Assembly (NCBI GenBank): GCA_937625935.1
Contig: OW569358.1
Span: 434,001 to 498,000, forward strand
DNA: 64,000 nucleotides
Origin: Tetramitus jugosus
Lineage: Eukaryota > Protista > Heterolobosea
Reading direction: 5' to 3'
The notes under the pieces were generated by a model, which did no database searches, had not been told where the DNA came from, and was given only the letters and a program-made list of their open reading frames with translations. How positions within the stretch are numbered: position 1 is the stretch's first letter; every line of letters starts with the position of its first letter. A program made the position numbers and the translations under genes. Shown piece after piece: positions 32,973-44,688 of the stretch.

Positions 32973-33142
32973 GTTTATAAGATTATAAAATGAAATTTTG
33001 AATTTATTGCTATGGCTCTTATGCCTTGGCAATTTTGAGGAACAATTTGTCTTTAGAGATCGTTCCAAGCTCTGTAACATCCATACGACAGTAATAAAAG
33101 TAATGTGCGTTCCAATTGACAAATTGAGTGTCAATTAAAAAC

Positions 33143-33941
33143 TTAAATCGAATCAAGGAATCGAATTGCCTTTGGAGATGCTTGAGGCACATGACCAGAA
33201 ATAACGCTACCACCAGGAGTCGTAGCATTGGTTCTTCTCTTCTTTTGTGGTGTCAACTCTACATTCTCCGTATTGTAACACCTTCTACAGACAGCAATAT
33301 ACTTGTCTGAGCCTCCAATGACCTCTGTTTGCTCTTCATTGGTAATACGTCTGCTGTAGGCAGCATCTCTCTGACAAACCATGCAAACAGCTTTTAGCTT
33401 TACCACGTGCTCACACAGTGGAATCAAATCGCAAACAGAACCAAACGGCTTTCTCAAAAAATCACCGTCGAGCGCGCTTACAATGACCACTTTTCCTTCA
33501 TTGGCAGCAAACTCTGCAAATGGGAGTAAATCAGGGAAGAATTGACCTTCATCAATACCCAGGATATCAATCTCTGGCAACAAGTGCTTAATCTTGTTCA
33601 GTTCATCTGTAGCTACAGTTTTCACATCATTTTTAACGACGCGATCATGTGTAGCTATACAGTGCTCATCGTACCTAGTGTCACGAATGTACTTGATCAA
33701 TAGGCAGTTCTTCTTTGCTATTTGATATCTGGAGACTCGACGTATGAGCTCGGATGATTTTCCTGTAAATGTGTGTGCAAAGAAAGCGCGCGATCGCAGT
33801 CAGAAATCAAAATGCATTGTGAAAAAAAATTACACAGAAACTGTGTGAAATCATGATGAGAAAAAGCTTACCTGCGAACATGGGTCCCAAGATCAATTGA
33901 ATGTTGCCAGTGAATCGTTCGTCTGCGTAGCAAGTGGACAT
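33143..33941 (-). CDS. TK1: Thymidine kinase (TK1 type); intron 33763-33871
   Basis: Splicing restores the P-loop GPMFAG|KSSEL; GIDEGQFF, ALDGDF, Zn cysteines CMVC/CRRC. Confidence 0.95.
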
Positions 33942-34316
33942 TTTTGTTGTTGTTGTGTGATTGGCACCTGATTAGCTCAAGTTGTCTTTGTTGTGTTTTT
34001 TTTGTATCTGAACAACCTGACCATCAAACTGCAGAAGTTCCAGAGAATGATCGCACAGAAAAGCGTAACGGAAAAACAACAAAAGAAATTTTCTTGTTGT
34101 CGCGGAAACTGCCAGACAGTTGGCGTTACGTCTGGAGGTGGATTGTGGGTTGATGCGTTGGTGCATTTACGGAATTGTTGATCGAATACTTTGCCGAGTA
34201 TTTGATCCTTGACATGAACAACAAATGTCAACAAACTGTGACCTTGCGAGTGTTGACTTGTTCGTCTCCTTGATATATTCCTCTGTCCCGTGAGAAGAAC
34301 ACTCAGAATACTGCAG

Positions 34317-36203
34317 TTAGTCATTCTGGGCTGGTGATGGACTGTGCGGTGGACTGCACGGGACATATGAAGGATAGTCTGTCACAGGTTCATACGCTGG
34401 TGTCTCATGTTGAGGTGACCCAGGAGCGGGCACCATTTGATTGAATAACTTGGCAAAGTCAGAATAGTCCACTGGATGGCCTTCGTCACCTGTGGCATAT
34501 GGATGATATCTACCGCCTCTTCCACGTCCTCTGCCCCGGCCTCTCACCATGCCTCCTCTTCCTCTGGCTGATCCACGGGAGCCTCCTCTGCCTCTACCTC
34601 TAGTGTTAGCGAATTGCATATCGGTTGAATTGTTGTGAGAAACCTTTTGTCTCTTTCTCTTGTTCGATTTTGCCTCGTCCTCGTCATCAGAGAATTCTAC
34701 ATCCAATTCCATATCCTTCTCTCCTGTGCCGTCAGATCCCTTGATTGTGGAATCAATCACATTCGATACGTTCAAGATGGAGGAATGTTGAATAACAAAA
34801 TACAAGGTATTTCCTGTCAAGTTTGCCAATGGCTCCACAACTGCTTCCTCCTTTGATGGAATTGGTTGTTCCTCTGATTTCTGTTCTTCCTCCGCTTGTT
34901 CTGATTCCAGAACAATATCCAAGTCTTGTTCAACTTCATCCTCTTGCATATCCATGGGTTGATCCACAGACGGTTTCTCCTGTTGTTCCGTCGTAATTGC
35001 TTCCTTTACAGACTCGAGAGGTTGCTCCTTATCGACAGAATTCTCGTTCATTTGAGTTTGTTGTTCCTCCACTATTGACTGCTCTTGTTGAATTGTTTCA
35101 GCAACTACATGATCAACTGGTGCTGCAGTAGACTCCTCTGTCGACACCGTTTCTAGTGCTGGTGCAGGCTGAACAATTGCCAAGCGATAGAATGGTTGAT
35201 GAACAGGACCAAAAATATCCACAATCTTACCAACTGGTTTTCTGTTCTCATCAAACACAACTGTTCCCTCACCAACTCTCAACAACAATGTGTTTCTCCA
35301 TTCTTCCTCTTGTCTCTTGAACTCTGCACTCTGACTCATCATCTTCTCTCTCTGTTTCTGGAGCATTCTCCTGTTGACTAGTTCATTCATCGCATCCGAA
35401 TTTGGAGTAATGACAACTGTTGTTGTCGTTGTTGGCTGAAACACTTGTGGTGCCACCGTTCTCATCAGAGACTCTGCATTCTCAACCTTGCTATCATCAT
35501 TTTCATCTTCTTCATCATACTGACCACCAATATGAATATCGTTATCGTCACTTGGGTTCACTAGAACTGCATCAGCAGAAGTAACACCCGTCTTCTTGTT
35601 CTTTTGCTGTTCATCCCAAACTCTTTGACCAGTAGTGTACTCGTTGTCAGCACGAATCACAACAGTGTTCATAATATGAGATGTGACTTGTCCCAATGCA
35701 ATCAACTCAACATGCTCTGGTAATTGAATATTTCGAATCCAATCTTCGACTTGTTCCTTTGAAATCATCATCATATTTGATGAAGCACTCGCAGCATCCT
35801 TTGATTCTTCCTCTCGTTTTCTCTTTAAATCATTTGCTGTGCTTTGTTTTTGCGATAGTTGTTGAATGTCTGTTGTTGTTGTTGTTGGTCGCTTGAAATC
35901 AGAGTGAGCAGTTTTCTTTGTGAAACCGTACATTTTTTCCATCAACTCCGACTCCGAATCGGAGTCACTATCGGCGGAGACAGCGGCAGCAGAGTCACTG
36001 TCATCGTCCGATGATGATGATGAAGAGGAAGAAGAAGAGTCTGATTCATCATCACTCGAGTCGTCTGATGATGATGTCTTCTTCGATTCGTCATTGCTTG
36101 TTTTCGTTAGAATTGAATTTTGTTGTTCATCGTTGATGATTGGGTTACTTTGTTGGTTGGCAACAGCTTCATCATCAGCAGGTTTGGAGAATAAACTACC
36201 CAT
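34317..36203 (-). CDS. NAF1: H/ACA snoRNP assembly factor NAF1 (Gar1/Naf1 domain)
   Basis: VGKIVDIFGPVHQPFY, KGSD....D.E...EFSDDEDE, Ser/Asp-rich N-terminus, RGG and Pro-rich C-terminus. Confidence 0.82.
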   Translation of the reverse strand: MGSLFSKPADDEAVANQQSNPIINDEQQNSILTKTSNDESKKTSSSDDSSDDESDSSSSSSSSSSDDDSDSAAAVSADSDSDSESELMEKMYGFTKKTAHSDFKRPTTTTTDIQQLSQKQSTANDLKRKREEESKDAASASSNMMMISKEQVEDWIRNIQLPEHVELIALGQVTSHIMNTVVIRADNEYTTGQRVWDEQQKNKKTGVTSADAVLVNPSDDNDIHIGGQYDEEDENDDSKVENAESLMRTVAPQVFQPTTTTTVVITPNSDAMNELVNRRMLQKQREKMMSQSAEFKRQEEEWRNTLLLRVGEGTVVFDENRKPVGKIVDIFGPVHQPFYRLAIVQPAPALETVSTEESTAAPVDHVVAETIQQEQSIVEEQQTQMNENSVDKEQPLESVKEAITTEQQEKPSVDQPMDMQEDEVEQDLDIVLESEQAEEEQKSEEQPIPSKEEAVVEPLANLTGNTLYFVIQHSSILNVSNVIDSTIKGSDGTGEKDMELDVEFSDDEDEAKSNKRKRQKVSHNNSTDMQFANTRGRGRGGSRGSARGRGGMVRGRGRGRGRGGRYHPYATGDEGHPVDYSDFAKLFNQMVPAPGSPQHETPAYEPVTDYPSYVPCSPPHSPSPAQND

Positions 36204-36398
36204 GATGATTTGTATTGTTGTTGTTGTGTTTTTGTTAGCAGTGTGAAAACAGGAACCTTCAATGATTTTTTGTTAAAACAACTCCTCCCCGACACTGTAA
36301 AAAAAAATTCCAACAAATTGTTGAAGAAGAGCATCCCGCAAAACTCACATAACAAAATCGTCACAACACCTCCTTCCCGCAAAAACCTTCACTCTTTG

Positions 36399-38216
36399 AT
36401 GGCCTCAACCACGAACAAGCAACCATTGGCAAACAAAAAGAAAAAATCAAAGAAGTCATCTTCATCATCATCATCTTCGTCATCATCATTTCCAACCATG
36501 ACGACACCAATTGTTGGCTCCTCTTCTGCTTCTTCTAGCAAATCACAAAAAAAATCAAAATCGCAACAACCAAGAGCTCAACATGCAAGCACAACAACAA
36601 CAACAACTCCAGCGACAATCTCAACCAGCTCGATCAGTGACTCTGAAGATGAATCAACCACACCTTCCACAACAACATCATCATCATCATCAGTACCATT
36701 CTCAACATCCACAGCAGCAGTCAACAAACTCAAGACCATGTTTGCAAACAAGACAAATCGATCATTGATCAGAATTTTACCATCATCATCATCACGCATG
36801 GATCAAAATCCTTCAACTCAACAATCACAACAAAAAGTATCATCATCATCATCATCCGCTTCTACTACCAACAAGAAGAAGAAGAAGAATGGTCATCCAG
36901 CAACCACTTCTTCTTCTACTGCGAAAAAGACGACCAAGAAAACCAACACAAGTGAAGCTTATGATAGTGAAGAAGAAGAGTATGATTACAACGATGAAGA
37001 AGAAGAAGAAGAAGAAGAGTATGATAATGGAAATGAAGAAGAAGAAGATGATGAAAATAATGATGATGATGATGATGATGATGATAGTGAGAATGAGGAA
37101 GATAATATCACATCTGCGACGAGTACTGCTCCTGCTGCATCATCATCAACTACTGTTATTAACACTGCTAGTAATACTAGTGATACTATGATCGATAGTG
37201 CGAATGGTAATAGTAGTGGTGTTGGAAGTAGCAGTAGTCATAGTGCTGATAAGAGTCAACTTGTCATGATGCGTTGTGCGTGCTGTGGACAACAGGTTAG
37301 CCTTGAATCTGCACCTTTTCATGTTGGTAATGAAGTGTTGAAAGAGTGGTACTTGAAAGTGTTTCCTCATGTAGCAGCAAAAAGGGATGACCGTGCCTGT
37401 AACAAGTGCTATCGTAAAGTATCCCGCATGAGAAGGGCTGATCCAGAAGCCGCAGAGGCTTCTGCTGCTGCAACTGCAGCTGCTTCTGTCCCTTCAACTG
37501 CTCCTGCTTCTAATTCTGCTCCTTCGACTGTTGATTCACAGGCTGCTTCTGCGGGTAACACTGTGAAAGCAACACCACCGAAATCAAAGAAATCATCCAG
37601 TCAGAGCACCAGCAATAGTGGAAGTAAGAGACCGAGGGACTCTCCCGGAATTGATACTTTCTTCCCAAAGAAGCCCAAGGTGACAACCGTACAGGAGTCT
37701 CCCGTACCAGCAGCTCGCAGTTCTGTACCATCGCACGCACAAGCAACAACAATAGAGACAGCCGTGTTGATACCTGATTCTGATGAGGTGATGGAGTGTC
37801 CTCAGACCCCTGGCGAGCCAACAGAGGTTGAAGTCGTCTCTGATACAACAAACGATTCTAGTGTGATTACTACCAACGCGATCACCGTAGCACCTGACAG
37901 GTTGATTCGTACCGATATTCTCTTGGAATTCAGAAGGCAAGCCGCTCCAACGAACGATTATGTGCACATGGTGCCTATTTTCAATGCAAGCCCCAGCCTG
38001 CCCGATTTTATTAATGTGATCCAGGAGGCTTGGCGTGGCCTACCAAAAAGAGCCGGCGATACTGAGAACTTCTCTTTCATAAGGTTGCAAAGAGCAGTGA
38101 AAGACTTTTCAGGAGAGATAGCGTACGTAGACATGCTGAACTCCAATGTGTTCGAGATTTATCCAATTAGACAATTAGAAAAATTTGTTGTGCTTCAACC
38201 TGCTCTTGAATCATAA
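36399..38216 (+). CDS. Low-complexity nuclear-type protein with CxxC...CxxC zinc-finger-like motif
   Basis: Poly-S/K/E/D tracts; CACCG-x~35-CNKCY; ATG at 36399. Confidence 0.7.
   Translation: MASTTNKQPLANKKKKSKKSSSSSSSSSSSFPTMTTPIVGSSSASSSKSQKKSKSQQPRAQHASTTTTTTPATISTSSISDSEDESTTPSTTTSSSSSVPFSTSTAAVNKLKTMFANKTNRSLIRILPSSSSRMDQNPSTQQSQQKVSSSSSSASTTNKKKKKNGHPATTSSSTAKKTTKKTNTSEAYDSEEEEYDYNDEEEEEEEEYDNGNEEEEDDENNDDDDDDDDSENEEDNITSATSTAPAASSSTTVINTASNTSDTMIDSANGNSSGVGSSSSHSADKSQLVMMRCACCGQQVSLESAPFHVGNEVLKEWYLKVFPHVAAKRDDRACNKCYRKVSRMRRADPEAAEASAAATAAASVPSTAPASNSAPSTVDSQAASAGNTVKATPPKSKKSSSQSTSNSGSKRPRDSPGIDTFFPKKPKVTTVQESPVPAARSSVPSHAQATTIETAVLIPDSDEVMECPQTPGEPTEVEVVSDTTNDSSVITTNAITVAPDRLIRTDILLEFRRQAAPTNDYVHMVPIFNASPSLPDFINVIQEAWRGLPKRAGDTENFSFIRLQRAVKDFSGEIAYVDMLNSNVFEIYPIRQLEKFVVLQPALES
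36960..37100 (+). repeat. GAA/GAT trinucleotide low-complexity tract (poly-E/D) within CDS
   Basis: Runs of gaagaagaa and gatgatgat directly visible. Confidence 0.8.
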
Positions 38217-38273
38217 ATTAATTGATTTTACACACGATCCGATAAGAGTTGCAATCGATCTTGAAGATTAGTT

Positions 38274-39935
38274 TTACACATTTCGATTGTTTTGTTTTCT
38301 GGGAAGAGGGTGGATCATGTCTTCTGGCTTCACATACTTGTCGAATTCCTCGCCAGTCAACAAGCCCAGTTCAACCACAACTTGTTTCAAACTCTTATTC
38401 TCTGCGTACGCCTTCTTGGCTACTTTTGCTGCATTATCATATCCAATGTGTGGGTTCAATGCCGTGACCAGCATCAAACTTCTTTCCAGATGACCCTTGA
38501 TAACATCTTCATCAGGAATAATTCCTCTGACACAGTGCTCCTCAAAACTAATGACAGCATCAGCCAACAAGCGACCCGATCTCAAAACATTGGAGATGAC
38601 AAGCGGGGCGAATACATTGAGTTGGAAGTGACCATTGCTAGCACCAATTGTCACTGCAACATGATTTCCTTGAACTTGTGCACAAACCATTGTTAATGCC
38701 TCACATTGAGTTGGATTCACCTTTCCTGGCATGATTGAACTGCCTGGCTCATTGCTTGGCAATCTCAATTCCTGAAGGCCACTTCTAGGACCAGAGCCCA
38801 AGAATCGAACATCGTTTGCAATCTTGAACAACGATGCAGAGACTGTGTTCAATGCAGCACTCAATTGAAGCAGAGCATCTTGAGTGCTCAGCGCTTCAAA
38901 CTTGTTGGGTGCACTCACAAATGGCAATCCTGTCATGCGACTCAACTCCTGAGCTACATCTTCTCCAAATCCTTCAACAGCGTTCAATCCAGTTCCCACA
39001 GCTGTACCACCGAGCGCAAGCTCAAACACACCATCGTTCAGTGCACTCTTGATACGCTTGATTCCGTTTTCGACCATTTGAGCCCATGCACTCACTTCTT
39101 GGCCCAGTGTCAATGGAGTAGCATCCATCGTATGTGTTCTACCAATCTTGATAATGTGAGACCATCTCTTTTCACAATCTCTCAATGTAGAAGCCAGTGT
39201 TTGCAAAGCAGGAATCCAATGATTGTGAGCTTGCATCGCAGCAGCAATGTGCATTGCTGTTGGGAACGTGTCGTTGCTTGATTGACCACGATTGACATGA
39301 TCGTTCGGATGAATGAGCTTGCTGCCTAGTTGGCCACCCAGGAGCTCGATGCATCGATTAGAGATGACTTCATTAATGTTCATGTTGGTTTGAGTTCCTG
39401 ATCCCGTTTGCCAAATGACCAATGGAAAATGATCCATTAGCTTTTCATCAGCGAGCTCTTGAGACACTCGCTGAATGAGTTCAGAGTGTTCCTTGCTGAG
39501 ACCGTTGGCCACATTGACCTTTGCACAAGCTTTTTTGAGCAAGCCGTAAGCTTGTATCAATTCGGAGGGCATGCGTTCGCGCTCATTTTGTCCTATTTTA
39601 AAATTTTGTAAGCTTCGCTGAGTTTGAGCGCCCCAGTACTTGTCGCTTGGCACTTGGATGGGTCCGATAGAGTCTGTTTCTGTGCGGTAGTTGGTGCTAT
39701 TGCCGATGGATGATGATGACATCTTGTTGGATCTTGTTGTTGTTGTTGTTGTGATCGTTCGGAAGTGACTCTGTTGTTGAGAGGAAGATTTTTGTTGAGA
39801 TCGGGTGATGGGATTGTCTTGTTGGATCGATCGGGAAATATTGTTGGTGGTGGGCAAGACACGACAGGTCAGGTGGTAGTAGTATTCAGTGTGGGTTGAG
39901 CTTCTGATCGTGGATCTAACTGCTTTGGATAGCAT
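38274..39935 (-). CDS. fumC: Fumarate hydratase class II (FumC type), mitochondrial presequence
   Basis: [33 protein letters not shown], signature [15 protein letters not shown]. Confidence 0.98.
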   Translation of the reverse strand: MLSKAVRSTIRSSTHTEYYYHLTCRVLPTTNNISRSIQQDNPITRSQQKSSSQQQSHFRTITTTTTTRSNKMSSSSIGNSTNYRTETDSIGPIQVPSDKYWGAQTQRSLQNFKIGQNERERMPSELIQAYGLLKKACAKVNVANGLSKEHSELIQRVSQELADEKLMDHFPLVIWQTGSGTQTNMNINEVISNRCIELLGGQLGSKLIHPNDHVNRGQSSNDTFPTAMHIAAAMQAHNHWIPALQTLASTLRDCEKRWSHIIKIGRTHTMDATPLTLGQEVSAWAQMVENGIKRIKSALNDGVFELALGGTAVGTGLNAVEGFGEDVAQELSRMTGLPFVSAPNKFEALSTQDALLQLSAALNTVSASLFKIANDVRFLGSGPRSGLQELRLPSNEPGSSIMPGKVNPTQCEALTMVCAQVQGNHVAVTIGASNGHFQLNVFAPLVISNVLRSGRLLADAVISFEEHCVRGIIPDEDVIKGHLERSLMLVTALNPHIGYDNAAKVAKKAYAENKSLKQVVVELGLLTGEEFDKYVKPEDMIHPLPRKQNNRNV

Positions 39936-40112
39936 AATGTGACAAAATGTTTGATAGTGAGGTGTTTCAATTGGTTTGGTTTCTGGTCTTTATTGTGCGA
40001 GACAATTCTGATGATCTGGTGAGCCAAGCAAGCAATACAAACCAAAAATATCACCGGATGTCAGAAAATGGACTTTACAGATTTGTTGTTGTGCGTCGTG
40101 TAAACTTTCAAT

Positions 40113-41861
40113 TTACTTTCCCAAGAATTCTTGGAAGAAATCATTGCCCTTGTCGTCAACCACGATGAAAGCTGGGAAGTCTTCGACTTCAATTCTCCAT
40201 ATGGCTTCCATACCTAGCTCAGGATACTCGACAACTTCAACCTTCTTAATATTTGTTTGAGCAAGGATGGCAGCTGGACCACCGATAGATCCCAAATAGA
40301 ATCCGCCATTATCCTTGCAAGCTCTTGTTACATCCTTGCTTCTGTTACCCTTGGCAAGTGAAATCATACTACCACCATTCTTTTGCAATAGATCGACATA
40401 GGAGTCCATTCTACCAGCAGTGGTTGGACCAAAGGAACCAGAAGCATAACCATCAGGTGTCTTGGCTGGACCTGCGTAGTAAATGATGTGGTTCTTGATG
40501 TGATCTGGCAAGCCCTCTCCTCTGTCCAATCTTTCCTTGAGCTTGGCGTGGGCAATATCACGAGCAACGATCAATGGACCAGAGAGCGACAATCTGGTCT
40601 TGATTGGATACTTGCTCAATGTCTTCAAAATGTCTTGCATTGGTTGATTCAAGTCAATCTTGACGACTTCACTACCCAAATCCGTCTCAGTTACCTCTGG
40701 GAGATACTTGGCTGGATCAGCTTCCAACTGTTCCAAGAAGATACCATCCTTGGTAATCTTACCCATGGCTTGTCTATCAGCAGAGCATGAAACACCGAGA
40801 CCAACAGGACAGGAAGCACCGTGACGAGGCAATCTGATCACTCTAATATCGTGACAGAAGTACTTGCCACCGAATTGAGCACCAATACCAATCTTTTGAG
40901 TCATTTCTAGAATTTGCTTCTCCAACTCCAAATCTCTGAACGCTCTTCCAGATGCATTGCCACTAGTTGGCAAATCATCATAATATCTGGCACTGGCGAG
41001 CTTGACAGTCTTGAGATTCATCTCAGCACTCAATCCACCAATGACAATAGCCAAATGGTATGGTGGACAAGCAGATGTTCCAATATGCTTAATCTCCTTC
41101 TCCAAAAACTTGAGCAACGACTCTGGGTTCAACAGAGCTTTTGTCTGTTGGAACAAGAAGGTCTTGTTTGCGCTACCACCTCCCTTGGCCATAAACAAAA
41201 ACTTGTACTCGTCACCATCAATCGCATACAACTCAATCTGAGCAGGCAAATTAGTTCCAGTGTTCTTCTCCTCGTACATGGTCAGAGGAGCCACTTGAGA
41301 ATATCTCAAATATTGCTCAGTGTACGTCTTTGATACACCCTTGCTAATGGATGCCTCATCGTTGCCATTGGTCCAAACATCTGAACCTCTCTTACCAATC
41401 ACAATCGCTGTTCCAGTGTCTTGACAACCAGGCAATTTTCTGCCTGATGCAATCACTGCATTCTTGAGCAGAGTACCAGCGACAAACTTGTCATTCTTTG
41501 AGGCTTCAGGGTCCTTCAAAATGTTGGATAATTGTTGCAAGTGACCTGGACGCAACATGTACTGAATATCACTCATGGCAGCCTCAGTAAGCTTTTGAAT
41601 ACCCTCTGGATCGACTTTTAGCACTTGTCTTGTCTCACCAGTGCTCTCATCCTTTAATGTCACAGTTTTTACGTGATCCTTGGTGACCAATCTGTATGGT
41701 GTTGGATTTGGACTGTTCTTGTGATTCAATTGGAACAATTCTTCATAGCTATTGGTGTTACTGCTAGTGGTGCTGCCATGTCTGAGCTGATGACGTTGTT
41801 GTTGTTGTTGCAACAATTGGAACACAGTGTTGCTTCTTCTTTGGACAGTGTGTCTGAACAT
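40113..41861 (-). CDS. fumA: Fumarate hydratase class I ([4Fe-4S], FumA/B type), mitochondrial presequence
   Basis: [50 protein letters not shown]. Confidence 0.97.
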   Translation of the reverse strand: MFRHTVQRRSNTVFQLLQQQQQRHQLRHGSTTSSNTNSYEELFQLNHKNSPNPTPYRLVTKDHVKTVTLKDESTGETRQVLKVDPEGIQKLTEAAMSDIQYMLRPGHLQQLSNILKDPEASKNDKFVAGTLLKNAVIASGRKLPGCQDTGTAIVIGKRGSDVWTNGNDEASISKGVSKTYTEQYLRYSQVAPLTMYEEKNTGTNLPAQIELYAIDGDEYKFLFMAKGGGSANKTFLFQQTKALLNPESLLKFLEKEIKHIGTSACPPYHLAIVIGGLSAEMNLKTVKLASARYYDDLPTSGNASGRAFRDLELEKQILEMTQKIGIGAQFGGKYFCHDIRVIRLPRHGASCPVGLGVSCSADRQAMGKITKDGIFLEQLEADPAKYLPEVTETDLGSEVVKIDLNQPMQDILKTLSKYPIKTRLSLSGPLIVARDIAHAKLKERLDRGEGLPDHIKNHIIYYAGPAKTPDGYASGSFGPTTAGRMDSYVDLLQKNGGSMISLAKGNRSKDVTRACKDNGGFYLGSIGGPAAILAQTNIKKVEVVEYPELGMEAIWRIEVEDFPAFIVVDDKGNDFFQEFLGK

Positions 41862-42057
41862 TGTTCAACGATGCCTAAATCAATTCACAGAAATTGTTGT
41901 TGTTGGTTGTTGGTTGTTGTTTTGATTTTTCCCTGTGAGTGGTTTATTATCCGACGATTGAAAAATTCCCGCGAACTTGCGGGCGGGTTTTGGTATCCTG
42001 CGAATTTACAATGCCAGTGGTGCATTCGCTCGCAGCAGCACACGCACACAAATAGCC

Positions 42058-44643
42058 ATGACGTTCCATGCTGGTTTTCATAGCATGTACGCTCAACACT
42101 CAATGAATATTGAGAAGAGGTTGAAGGCTGCCATTGAGGACGATGAACTTGATGTTCTGTTCGGACAGAAGAAGGGAAACAGTGGTGCGAGTGCAGAATT
42201 ACCAAAGAGAAGTCAATCTTCTTTGGGTCCTTCTGTTCGAAGGCCTCTCTCTGCTTCTTCGATTGGTCGACTCCGGTATGACAACATTCGGGACCGATAC
42301 AGGCGCTCGGTTCAGTCTAATTCTTCCTCCGACTTGAATCTGACGAATAGGAAGAGCACGGAAGAGAATATGAAGAAACTTAATCTTAATCAGCTAAGTA
42401 GCAGAGAAAATAGTGTTCCTAATACGGTGAGAAAGAGTGTTGATTCTTCTGTTGGTGTTCCAAAGAGTGACCGACCTCGGAGGGAGACCAAAATTAGAGA
42501 TAACACTGATAAGGTTCACACTGACAACACACAGAATGGTAGTTCAGAAGAAGGTGATAAGACACAAAGATCAACTGTGAGATCAATATTTCAAAGCGAT
42601 ACGAGGGTAAATGTTGTCCCAGAAACCACCATAACTACCGACACAATGTTGGAGTTTGATATATCCATACCTCGGAATGAGAATGAAATTCAGCTGAATC
42701 TTAAACTTCCTTTTGCCAAAGAGAAAAAGAATATTTCAGCCCCTAGTTCTACAGATATCAGCGGGTTCGCTCGATCGGTGAATCTTGTTGTTAGTAATTG
42801 GACCAACGTACTAGAAACCGGAACCGTACCAGTGGAATACTTGCAACAAGTAGACATGAGACAACTTCAATCATCTGTTGAGAATTATCAACGAAACTCT
42901 AACTTAAAGTTATCTAAGTATCTTTCATCCGTACAAAGTTCTATGACTCTACTCCAAAACTCTACAAACCACTTGCATGCTACAAACGCCCTCAAAGCTC
43001 AGAATAGTACCTATAATTTAATTTCTGATACACTTGGGAAGTTTAGGACTTTGTATCGGGAGAGTAAAGAAGATCTTAGTGTTGGATCTCGATCATCCCC
43101 TGATTTCATGAAGAGTGGGGATATGGCAAAGCGATCCTACGACAGCAATAAGAAACTATCCGAATTCCTACCAAGAACAGAGAACGATTTTCGAACAAAA
43201 TTTGAAGAGATGAGAGTCTCCTCGTGGAAACAAAAGGAATTCGAGGATAAAATTCAAAGTTACAAGGATGAAGAGCGCAATCAAAAGAATGTGAATACAA
43301 GTCGTAAGTGTATCATAAAGAAGTATGTCGAGGATGTTTCGCGAGAGAGTTACACGTCTGAATATCTATTAAATATACGGGAGAAGAAGAAGGAAATTCG
43401 AGCCTCTCACCATAACCTTGCTCTCGAAAGAAAGAAGTTAATCGATGCCGAAGATGAAATCAAAGGACAACAACTTCTTCTCTTGAAACAAATGAAGATT
43501 GAAAGAGCGGAAAGAGAAAGAGAGTTTCTACCAAAGAAGAAGAAGTTGCAAAAACAACAGACGGTTTTCCTCCCGGTCCTATTGTTAACGCAATTTCTTT
43601 CTTCTCTCGAGGATATTTGGATTGGGTCCTTACAGCAACGAATTCAGGAAGAGAAAGAAATCAACGCAAAGACAATTTTACAAACCAAGTTATATCCTCT
43701 GTTGGTTAAGAAACGAGAGGAACGTTTAATGAAAGCTCGATCAGTTATCAACCGCCAGTTGATGAGATGGATTATTAATCATCGAATTAGACGGAAGAGG
43801 AGAGCAATTTCATTGTTGAAGCAGTTTTTCCAGGATGCGGCTGTTGCTTCATCAATTCCTCGCACCGTTTCAATGTTCTTCAACAGTCTAAGAATGATCC
43901 AGCACCGAACTAGATTGTACTTGATTCAGCGACGGTGCCAATTGGTTTCGCTTTCGCATCAATGGAGCAACTTAGAGAGTAAGATGGCGATGGAATGTTT
44001 GGAATCTGATTTGGCCCTAATACGAACAAAATTAATTGAGAAACTGCAGAACTTAGCTGAGAAAGTGAAAGCCAATGCTCCAAAATCCAATCAACAAATT
44101 ATTAGAGGTACTAAAGCGAGTCATATGCAAAAGCAATCAGCCAAAGGATTACTCGAATCAAAGAGATCTCTAAGGAGTCTAAGAGAATGCGTGATAACAG
44201 GCCTAGCCAAGATCAACTTATCCATTCCTGGGCAGAGAAAAAGCAAGACAATCGAAACTTCGAAACTAATCTCAATACTCAAAGATCCATCGTATTCGAA
44301 CTTCCAATTGAAAGATATTTTGCTCCAGTCGTCCAAGTTACTCAGACTTGCACTTCCTGCAAGAGTAGAAAGAACGGATGAACATATCCAGTTGGCTATC
44401 ATCAAAGAAGATCTGTTAGCTCGTATCCATCGACACTATCAAGTAGCTTTCAAAGATTGGACACCTCACCGAGGCCAAAGCGACTCCACAGAACCCTCTG
44501 GAAGAGAACATGATCTAGTCCACAAATTCATTCGACTTCAGGTTCCCCGATATCGATTCCTCAATTCAGAGTCAAATCTGAGAACCCTTGTCCTGCGAGG
44601 ACAGAAAGAAACACTCAAGTTGACAAATCCAAACATACAATAA
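42058..44643 (+). CDS. Hypothetical coiled-coil protein with IQ-like repeats (possibly ciliary)
   Basis: ~860-aa ORF; K/E/R-rich coiled coil; IQ-like segments (MIQHRTRLYL); start codon uncertain (42058 or 42085). Confidence 0.65.
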   Translation: MTFHAGFHSMYAQHSMNIEKRLKAAIEDDELDVLFGQKKGNSGASAELPKRSQSSLGPSVRRPLSASSIGRLRYDNIRDRYRRSVQSNSSSDLNLTNRKSTEENMKKLNLNQLSSRENSVPNTVRKSVDSSVGVPKSDRPRRETKIRDNTDKVHTDNTQNGSSEEGDKTQRSTVRSIFQSDTRVNVVPETTITTDTMLEFDISIPRNENEIQLNLKLPFAKEKKNISAPSSTDISGFARSVNLVVSNWTNVLETGTVPVEYLQQVDMRQLQSSVENYQRNSNLKLSKYLSSVQSSMTLLQNSTNHLHATNALKAQNSTYNLISDTLGKFRTLYRESKEDLSVGSRSSPDFMKSGDMAKRSYDSNKKLSEFLPRTENDFRTKFEEMRVSSWKQKEFEDKIQSYKDEERNQKNVNTSRKCIIKKYVEDVSRESYTSEYLLNIREKKKEIRASHHNLALERKKLIDAEDEIKGQQLLLLKQMKIERAEREREFLPKKKKLQKQQTVFLPVLLLTQFLSSLEDIWIGSLQQRIQEEKEINAKTILQTKLYPLLVKKREERLMKARSVINRQLMRWIINHRIRRKRRAISLLKQFFQDAAVASSIPRTVSMFFNSLRMIQHRTRLYLIQRRCQLVSLSHQWSNLESKMAMECLESDLALIRTKLIEKLQNLAEKVKANAPKSNQQIIRGTKASHMQKQSAKGLLESKRSLRSLRECVITGLAKINLSIPGQRKSKTIETSKLISILKDPSYSNFQLKDILLQSSKLLRLALPARVERTDEHIQLAIIKEDLLARIHRHYQVAFKDWTPHRGQSDSTEPSGREHDLVHKFIRLQVPRYRFLNSESNLRTLVLRGQKETLKLTNPNIQ

Positions 44644-44688
44644 TTTATTTACAATACAAGTAGTTTTTACCCGGTGGTACTACTAGTG

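Noticed and set aside
4607-36203. Apparent cluster of RNA-processing genes (CMTR1, CTR9, SNU13, NAF1)
   Set aside because: Spread over 30 kb among unrelated genes; compatible with chance in a gene-dense genome.
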